Positions 57,701-64,000 of a stretch of 64,000 nt of DNA are shown here, piece after piece. A program made the translations under genes and the position numbers. Position 1 is the first letter of the stretch; the number at the start of each line of letters is the position of its first letter. The notes beneath the pieces were generated by a model. It ran no database searches, had not been told where the DNA came from, and saw nothing but the letters and a program-made list of their open reading frames with translations. The stretch is from Vulcanimicrobiales bacterium (GTDB lineage: Bacteria > Vulcanimicrobiota > Vulcanimicrobiia > Vulcanimicrobiales > Vulcanimicrobiaceae). The stretch lies in NCBI GenBank assembly GCA_038231455.1, contig JBBRLI010000005.1, positions 32,001-96,000 of the forward strand. Direction: 5' to 3'.

Positions 57701-60700
57701 TTACGGGAGCGCGTCTTTGTCGCCGGTTTCGACGCGTGGAGCGCGCGATTTGCTGATTTGCAGCGTCGGCATGCTGGCGTTGGTCAGCACGGTATTGAGT
57801 TTGGGCACGTCCTTATCGCGTAGGTTTTGCCAGGTTGCGAGATTCCGATCGAGCGTCACGCGCAGTTCGCGTGCAGTGCGCACGTATTGCGTAGCGGGGG
57901 CATCGTCCGAGGCTTCGACCGAGGTGTAAACGCCGGTGATCTGTCCGTTGAGACGATCGAAGCCGAAGGACTGCAGCGATTTCCTGAGCGCGTCGATTTG
58001 TGCGCGTATTGCTGGGGTCTTCGCTGTTTTTTTGCGTTCGTTGAGTTGCGCCCCCAAGGCTTGCACGTGCGTGAGTGCATCCCACGATGCATCGATCTGG
58101 CTGCGCAGTTGAGCGGCGAGTGCGTATTGTTTGACCAGATCCGCACGGCTCGCGTGAACGCGCGGATCCATCGTGACGACGAGCGGCACACTTGCGCGCT
58201 GATTGTCGGCCACGATCGTGAGGGTGTAACGTCCCGGCAGGACGGCCGGACCGAGCGGTTCGCGCGGCGTATCGCGATAGACCGCCGAGATAGGAAATTC
58301 TCCGCGGACCGATGGCGGTGCGGCTTCGTGGAGATCCCATACGAAACGATGCATCCCCGCGCTCGTTTCGAGCGGATGGAACGGCCGAATCCAATACGTT
58401 GGTACGTTCAGGTCTGCATCGACTCGACGAGCCCCCTCGGCACTCGTGTAACGGCGAACTTCGTTGCCTCCGGCATCGGCGATCGAAAGCGCGACGTTGG
58501 TTGCGCCCTGGGCAAGGGCGTAGTCGATGATCGCGCCGTCCGGTGGGTTTTCCCCCGCGGGGACTTCGGGCGGAAGTGGCGTGTCGGTGTTCGTATTGCG
58601 GCGTACGCGCACGGCGACTTGCGGCGCGTAGAGATGGACGCCACCATGTTTTGCATCGAACTGGCGCAGCGGTGTGATGTCATCGAGGATCCAGAAGGAC
58701 CGGCCGTGCGTGCCGACCACGATATCGTCGCCCTTGATGACCAAATCGCGAATGGATGTGGACGGAAGATCGCGCTGCAGCGATTGCCAATGATCGCCAT
58801 CATCGAATGAAACGTAGACGGTGCGTTCTGTACCGGCAAAGAGCAGGCCGCGGCGTTTGGGATCTTCGCGCACGGTGTTCACCGCGGCATTGTCCGGTAA
58901 GCCTTGCGTGATCTTCGTCCAACTCTTGCCGCCATCGTGCGTGCGGAAGATATACGGTTGCAGATCGTCGAGGCGGAAGCGGCTGACCGATGCATACACG
59001 GTGTTGCGATCGAAGTGCGAAGCATCGAGCTGCGTGAACTTGCTCCACGCGGGAAGGCCCGGCGGCGTTACTTGCATCCAGGATTTGCCGCTGTTGCGGG
59101 TGACCCAGGCGAGTCCGTCATCGGTCCCAGCCCACAGCAGATTGCGATCGATTGGCGAGGGTGCAAGCGCGTAGATCACGCCGCGATGTTTGCCTGCGCG
59201 CGGATCGGCGGAGGAGAAGAACGCGAAGTTCGGCGGCGTGCCGGGATTCGGCCGCGTGAGATCGGGGCTGATGATGTCCCACGAATTACCGCCGTTCGTC
59301 GTGCGGAAGACGACGTTCGAGCCGAGATAGAGCGCGTGCGGATCGGCTTTGGAAAAAAGGAGCGGTGCCGTGCGGTTGAAGCGGTACGAATTAGGACCGC
59401 GTAAGACGACCGGCGCGATGTCGCGCGTTTGCCCGGTCGACCAGTCGTAGCGCGTGCCTTTGCCGCCGTAGATGTAGTTGGGGTTGAGCGGATCGGGTGC
59501 GACGTAGCCGTACTCTTCCACACCGACGGAATGCCACTCGCGGAAGGTGATCGCACCGTCGTTACCGCGACTCGCGGTGCCGATGCTGCCGCTTTCTTGC
59601 TGCGCGCCGTACACCCAATACGGATAGCGGTCGTCGGTGATGACGTGGTAAAACTGTGCGGTCGGCTGGTTGTACCACGAACTCCACGTCACGCCGCGAT
59701 TGACGCTTACGGTTGCGCCTTGGTCGCTACCAAGGATGATGATGTTGCGGTTGAGCGGGTTGATCCATGTCGTGTGATAATCGTCGCCGCCGGGCGCGCC
59801 TTTGATAGCCGTGAACGTCTTGCCCGCATCGATCGAACGATAGGTCGACGTGTTGGAGACGTAGATCGTGTCTTTGTCCTCGGGATCTACGGCGACACCC
59901 GCGAAGTCAGCGCCGCGGCCCCAGACGCGCTCTTCGTTATTCGTGCGCGTCCACGTCGCTCCGGAATCGTCCGACCGATAGACGCCGCCCTTGCTCGGCG
60001 AATCCACCATCGCGTAAATGCGCGTCGGATCGCTGCGGGAGATGCCAAGGCCGATACGACCCAGACCCTCGGCCTGCGTCGGTAAGCCGGTGGTGAGGGG
60101 TGTCCAGGTCGTGCCGGCGTCGGTGGACTTGTAAAGCATCGTTCCGGCGTCGGGGCGCTCGTAGCCGCCGCCAACCGACCACGGCGGACGGCGCGCGCTC
60201 CATAATTCTGCGTAAAGCGTTTGCGCGTTGCTGGGATCGATCGCAAGTTCGATCGCGCCGGCATTCTCATTCTTATACAGCACGCGCTCGAAGGTCGCGC
60301 CGCCGTCAGATGAACGGTACACGCCGCGTTCGGTGTTCGGCCCATACGGATGGCCCAAGACCGCAACGTAGAGGCGGCTAGGGTCTTTTGGGTCGACGAC
60401 GATCTTTGCGATCTGCTGGCCGTCGCGCAATCCGAGATGCGTCCAGGTCGCGCCTCCGTCGATCGACTTGTAGACACCATCGCCGGTGGCAAGGTCGGGA
60501 CGCTGTAGTCCCTCGCCGCTCCCGGCATAGATCACTTGCGGATTCGAGGGGGCAATCCCGATCGCACCGACCGAACCCGAGGGCTGGCCATCGAAGATTG
60601 GCTTCCAGGTTTGGCCGTAGTCGGTGGTTTTCCAAATCCCGCCGTTGACCGCGGCGATGAAAAAAACATTGGGTTGGTCGGGGATCCCAGCGACGGCCGC

Positions 60701-60844
60701 CGTTCTGCCCCCGCGAAAGGGCCCGATCATCCGCCAGTGCAGCGCCGATGCGATCCCCGCCTCGGTGGATTGCGCGCGCAGTGGCGCCGGAGCGGCCACA
60801 AGAGCGAGCACGACGAGCAATACGGCAGCACAGAAACGTCCCAT
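57701..60844 (-). CDS. Secreted VPS10/BNR-repeat beta-propeller (glycosyl-hydrolase-like) protein
   Basis: WRMIGPFRGGR, many S.D.G.TW Asp-boxes, PTAQFY, THGRSFWILDD. Confidence 0.9.
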   Translation of the reverse strand: MGRFCAAVLLVVLALVAAPAPLRAQSTEAGIASALHWRMIGPFRGGRTAAVAGIPDQPNVFFIAAVNGGIWKTTDYGQTWKPIFDGQPSGSVGAIGIAPSNPQVIYAGSGEGLQRPDLATGDGVYKSIDGGATWTHLGLRDGQQIAKIVVDPKDPSRLYVAVLGHPYGPNTERGVYRSSDGGATFERVLYKNENAGAIELAIDPSNAQTLYAELWSARRPPWSVGGGYERPDAGTMLYKSTDAGTTWTPLTTGLPTQAEGLGRIGLGISRSDPTRIYAMVDSPSKGGVYRSDDSGATWTRTNNEERVWGRGADFAGVAVDPEDKDTIYVSNTSTYRSIDAGKTFTAIKGAPGGDDYHTTWINPLNRNIIILGSDQGATVSVNRGVTWSSWYNQPTAQFYHVITDDRYPYWVYGAQQESGSIGTASRGNDGAITFREWHSVGVEEYGYVAPDPLNPNYIYGGKGTRYDWSTGQTRDIAPVVLRGPNSYRFNRTAPLLFSKADPHALYLGSNVVFRTTNGGNSWDIISPDLTRPNPGTPPNFAFFSSADPRAGKHRGVIYALAPSPIDRNLLWAGTDDGLAWVTRNSGKSWMQVTPPGLPAWSKFTQLDASHFDRNTVYASVSRFRLDDLQPYIFRTHDGGKSWTKITQGLPDNAAVNTVREDPKRRGLLFAGTERTVYVSFDDGDHWQSLQRDLPSTSIRDLVIKGDDIVVGTHGRSFWILDDITPLRQFDAKHGGVHLYAPQVAVRVRRNTNTDTPLPPEVPAGENPPDGAIIDYALAQGATNVALSIADAGGNEVRRYTSAEGARRVDADLNVPTYWIRPFHPLETSAGMHRFVWDLHEAAPPSVRGEFPISAVYRDTPREPLGPAVLPGRYTLTIVADNQRASVPLVVTMDPRVHASRADLVKQYALAAQLRSQIDASWDALTHVQALGAQLNERKKTAKTPAIRAQIDALRKSLQSFGFDRLNGQITGVYTSVEASDDAPATQYVRTARELRVTLDRNLATWQNLRDKDVPKLNTVLTNASMPTLQISKSRAPRVETGDKDALP

Positions 60845-60943
60845 ACTCCCGAGCGTACCGTGCCGATGCTTGCGTCCCTGCCCCGGCTGGGCGCTGGACC
60901 TAGATCACCGTGCGTTTTGGCGCGCAGGCGTATCGTTACGGGG

Positions 60944-61165
60944 ATGAAGACCGCACCGATCGTCAATCCGCTCTTTCGCGACTTTTGCGCGTATATCGTT
61001 GCCGTTTTCTTTGTTGGCGCACTCTTAGCGAACGGCCACTGGCCGCGCACGCTCCAGCCTTACGAAGTGTTCGCTTTCACGCTCTTTCTGGGCGTCCTCG
61101 GAGCCTTTTTCCTCGGCGTCTTTCGGATGATCGCCGCGGACTCGCGCCGCCAGCACGACCACTAA
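60944..61165 (+). CDS. Small two-TM membrane protein
   Basis: Two hydrophobic segments. Confidence 0.55.
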   Translation: MKTAPIVNPLFRDFCAYIVAVFFVGALLANGHWPRTLQPYEVFAFTLFLGVLGAFFLGVFRMIAADSRRQHDH

Positions 61166-61234
61166 GCGGCTGCCCGGGAGCCCGGCGTCGGGCGCGTGAT
61201 ACAAAGCCGGTGTCGGCGGTGTTAACGGGATAGA

Positions 61235-61771
61235 ATGCTTGCACGAACGCCGGTGCCCCAATCGCCACTCGATCGGCTCTTCGCCGATGAGTTTGCGCGC
61301 GTCGTCGCGATCGCGAAGCGCATCGTGGGCGATCGAGCGACGGCAGAAGATGTCGCGCAAGACGTGTTCGCCCGGTTTGCGGAGCGGAGCGAAGTCGTCT
61401 CTGATGCCAGCCCCGGCTGGCTTCACGTAGCAGCAGTTAATACGGCACTCAACCTCGTTCGTTCGCGTTCTCGTCGCGTTCAACGCGAACTCGCGTTCAT
61501 CGACGGCACGCGACCGCAGTTACTCGCGGCACAACATGAGGCCGATCCCTCACAAAACGTCGTTCGTGCGGAATCCGTACGGGAAGTCGCTGCAGCGATG
61601 AAGCGACTAGGGACGCGCGAGGCCTCGCTCCTCGCCTTGCGCTACGGAGGCGGGCTCACGTACGCGCAACTCGCGCGGACGCTGAATCTGCCCTCAGCAC
61701 AAATTGGAACGCTTTTAGCACGCGCAGAGCGCGCGTTGCGATTGGAGATGACCCGTGTTACACCTCGATGA
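61235..61771 (+). CDS. ECF sigma factor
   Basis: AEDVAQDVF, WL...A.N.A.N, LRY.GGLTY..LA...IGTLLARA. Confidence 0.9.
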   Translation: MLARTPVPQSPLDRLFADEFARVVAIAKRIVGDRATAEDVAQDVFARFAERSEVVSDASPGWLHVAAVNTALNLVRSRSRRVQRELAFIDGTRPQLLAAQHEADPSQNVVRAESVREVAAAMKRLGTREASLLALRYGGGLTYAQLARTLNLPSAQIGTLLARAERALRLEMTRVTPR

Positions 61772-62816
61772 TAACCGACTCCGCCGACTGCACGACGAGT
61801 TCGCCCCAGACGACCGCGCCCACGTCAACACGTGTGCCGTCTGTGCCGAACGCGCGGCAGCGATCGGGGCCGATGCGCGCTACGCAGCGGCCGCGCTTAC
61901 GATGAACGATTCGGTCGATACAGCAGCCGCCCATGCGCGGTTTCTTGCACGTCCCCGTGTGATCCGACAACCGCGTGGACGATTCGGCTGGCCGGTAGGT
62001 CTTGCGGCGGCGGCCGTACTCGCGGTTGCCTTTGCAACAACGCCGCTCGGTTCGCATGCAGCCGACCTGCTCTCGATCTTTCGCCCGACAACGCTTGCCC
62101 CAATCAACCTCAGTACGACCGATATGACCTCGATGAGTAAGGCGATAGCACTTGAGGGTTATGGCTCGTTTCATTCGACAACGAAACAATCGCGTCGCGC
62201 GGTTACGCTGGCGCAAGCTGCCACGCTGACGGGGTATTCGATTCGCGTACCGCGAGGCGGACCGCTCGTGCCGCATGCGTCTTGGCACTATCAATTGAAC
62301 GCCGGTGGGTCGAGCACGTTTACGTTCGATGCAAAGAAGGCTCGACGGCTGAAAATGCCGGTCGAGCTTCCGGCAAAGTTCGATCGCGCATCGATCGTCC
62401 TCGTCGCCCACCCCGCGGTCGTCGGCTTCTATAGCGCACATGGAAACGACGGTCGTGCGGCAGGGTACGGCGCTTCGGTTTTGCGCTACGTTGAGATGGC
62501 TGCGCCGGAGGTACGCACAACGGGTGCGACGCTGGCTGAATTGGAATCGTTTGTGCTGGCGCAGCCGCAAATTACGCCGGAAGTCAAAGCGCAGTTCGAA
62601 GCAATCGCCGATCCGAGCCACACCCTGCCGATTCCGGTGAATATCGATAAGCGGACGGCTTCGACGGTTCAAATTGACGGCGTCTCGGGTCTCGCCATCG
62701 GCGATAACACCGGGGTTGGTGCGGGTGTTATGTGGCAGAAAAATGGCATGCTCTATATCCTCGCCGGGCAAATGAAACAAGACGATCTGGTCGCGCTTGC
62801 CAATGCTCTCCGCTGA
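61755..62816 (+). CDS. Zinc-finger (ZAS) transmembrane anti-sigma factor
   Basis: HVNTCAVC (HxxxCxxC), TM, extracytoplasmic domain; overlaps the sigma gene. Confidence 0.8.
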   Translation: MLHLDDNRLRRLHDEFAPDDRAHVNTCAVCAERAAAIGADARYAAAALTMNDSVDTAAAHARFLARPRVIRQPRGRFGWPVGLAAAAVLAVAFATTPLGSHAADLLSIFRPTTLAPINLSTTDMTSMSKAIALEGYGSFHSTTKQSRRAVTLAQAATLTGYSIRVPRGGPLVPHASWHYQLNAGGSSTFTFDAKKARRLKMPVELPAKFDRASIVLVAHPAVVGFYSAHGNDGRAAGYGASVLRYVEMAAPEVRTTGATLAELESFVLAQPQITPEVKAQFEAIADPSHTLPIPVNIDKRTASTVQIDGVSGLAIGDNTGVGAGVMWQKNGMLYILAGQMKQDDLVALANALR

Positions 62817-63717
62817 ACCGGCGATCCTCACGACCGGTCTTGCAAAGAGCTACGGAGCAACGATCGCCGTTCGCGACTTGACCTTACGCGTCGAACGCGG
62901 CGATGTGTTCGGGTTTTTGGGTCCGAACGGCGCGGGGAAGACAACGTCGGTGAAGATGCTCGTCGGTCTGGTGCGTCCGAGCGGCGGACACGCAGCACTC
63001 TTCGGAAAACCCGTTGACGATCGGAGAATTCGAACCCGGATCGGTTACCTTCCCGAACTCTTTCGGTACCAGGAGTGGGCGCGCGCGCGTGACGTTCTGC
63101 GGTTTCACGGTCGCCTAATCGGCCTCGAGCCGCGGGCGATCGGACGTGAGATCGGACGCGTGCTCGACCTCGTCTCGTTGACCGAACGCGCAGCGGATCG
63201 CGTCGGATCGTTTTCGAAAGGCATGCAGCAGCGTCTCGGAATCGCAACGGCGCTCCTAGGTGCACCGGATCTCGTCTTTTTCGACGAACCAACATCGGCA
63301 CTCGATCCAATCGGCCGACGCGACGTGCGCGAGATCATTCGCCGCATCAAGAGTGAAGGCACGACGGTCTTTCTCAATTCGCATCTCCTCACCGAAGTTG
63401 CCGAAGTGTGCGACCACGTTGCGATCGTCGATAAAGGCGCTGTCATCATCGCGGGAACGATCGACGAGGTCGCCGGGACGGCGCGTGCCGTTCGTATGCG
63501 GCTAGTCGGGGATCAAGCGCGGATCGATGCGACGCTTTCGCCATTTGGACTTGTCTCACGAAGCGACGATTGGACGACCGTGACCGGCGTTGCCGCAGAG
63601 CGCGTTCCAGCGGTGATCGACGCACTCGTTGCTGTCGGCATCCGCGTCTATCACGTCGAGCCGAAGGTGGCAACGCTCGAAGAACGGTTTCTGTCCTTCG
63701 TCGGAGAGACACGGTAG
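62803..63717 (+). CDS. ABC transporter ATP-binding protein
   Basis: GPNGAGKT, FSKGMQQR, FDEPT, NSH. Confidence 0.95.
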   Translation: MLSAEPAILTTGLAKSYGATIAVRDLTLRVERGDVFGFLGPNGAGKTTSVKMLVGLVRPSGGHAALFGKPVDDRRIRTRIGYLPELFRYQEWARARDVLRFHGRLIGLEPRAIGREIGRVLDLVSLTERAADRVGSFSKGMQQRLGIATALLGAPDLVFFDEPTSALDPIGRRDVREIIRRIKSEGTTVFLNSHLLTEVAEVCDHVAIVDKGAVIIAGTIDEVAGTARAVRMRLVGDQARIDATLSPFGLVSRSDDWTTVTGVAAERVPAVIDALVAVGIRVYHVEPKVATLEERFLSFVGETR

Positions 63718-64000
63718 TGCGAATTCTGGCGGTCGCGCGTATGGCGCTCTCCGAACTGGTCGAACGACGCATCGTAGCGATTCTCGGCGTCGGCGTCGCC
63801 GTCTTCATCGCTTTGAGCGCGTGGGGATTTTCGCGCATTCCGACATTTCAAAACCGCGACGGTACGTCGATCGGGCACGCCGCGCAATTGCTGGCCGCCT
63901 CATCGATCCTCACATTCGTGATGTTTCTTTTTCTGTTCGTCTACGCGATGGGTGTCGCGTTTCTCGCTGCAAGCGCAATCGCGACCGAAGTTGAATCGGG
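63717..64000 (+). CDS. ABC transporter permease (3' end truncated)
   Basis: GTG coupled to the upstream stop; hydrophobic segments, ..AIATEVES. Confidence 0.8.
   Translation, partial: MRILAVARMALSELVERRIVAILGVGVAVFIALSAWGFSRIPTFQNRDGTSIGHAAQLLAASSILTFVMFLFLFVYAMGVAFLAASAIATEVES

Noticed and set aside
57701-60844. Repeats in the 1047-aa protein and its long antisense ORFs
   Set aside because: Ordinary BNR/Asp-box repeats; antisense ORFs are expected shadows in high-GC DNA

Overview
A GC-rich, gene-dense bacterial chromosome segment. Gene content and style suggest a Terrabacteria-type lineage such as Ca. Eremiobacterota/Vulcanimicrobiota (inference only). Core genes: ftsQ-ftsA-ftsZ, aroA, mscL, cystathionine beta-synthase and gamma-lyase, rapZ-yvcK, rnpB, four tRNAs (Leu-CAA, Ala-GGC, Ala-TGC, Ile-GAT) and a condensed yceD-rpmF-fabH-fabD-fabG-acpP-ffh-rpsP-khpA-rimM operon. 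There are also signalling proteins (two ECF sigmas, PP2C-RsbW fusion, STAS, GGDEF/HD-GYP, BTAD-TPR) and many hydrolases. I saw no CRISPR array, integrase or transposase. Four observations stand out. (1) A three-gene module at 46.2-47.6 kb encodes a goose-lysozyme-like muramidase and two paralogous small helical proteins that resemble type III needle/rod/Hrp-pilin subunits; two of the genes share an identical ACTAG-N15-GCGTGAACGA upstream motif. (2) A 1392-aa APC permease is fused, through an internal signal-peptide-like segment, to a GH35/GlmA-like glycosidase whose 3' end reads into tRNA-Leu. (3) A CIRCE-like operator overlaps the promoter of an FmdB zinc-ribbon gene. (4) Several SigB/SigF-type promoters precede stress genes. 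All calls come from reading motifs; no searches were run.
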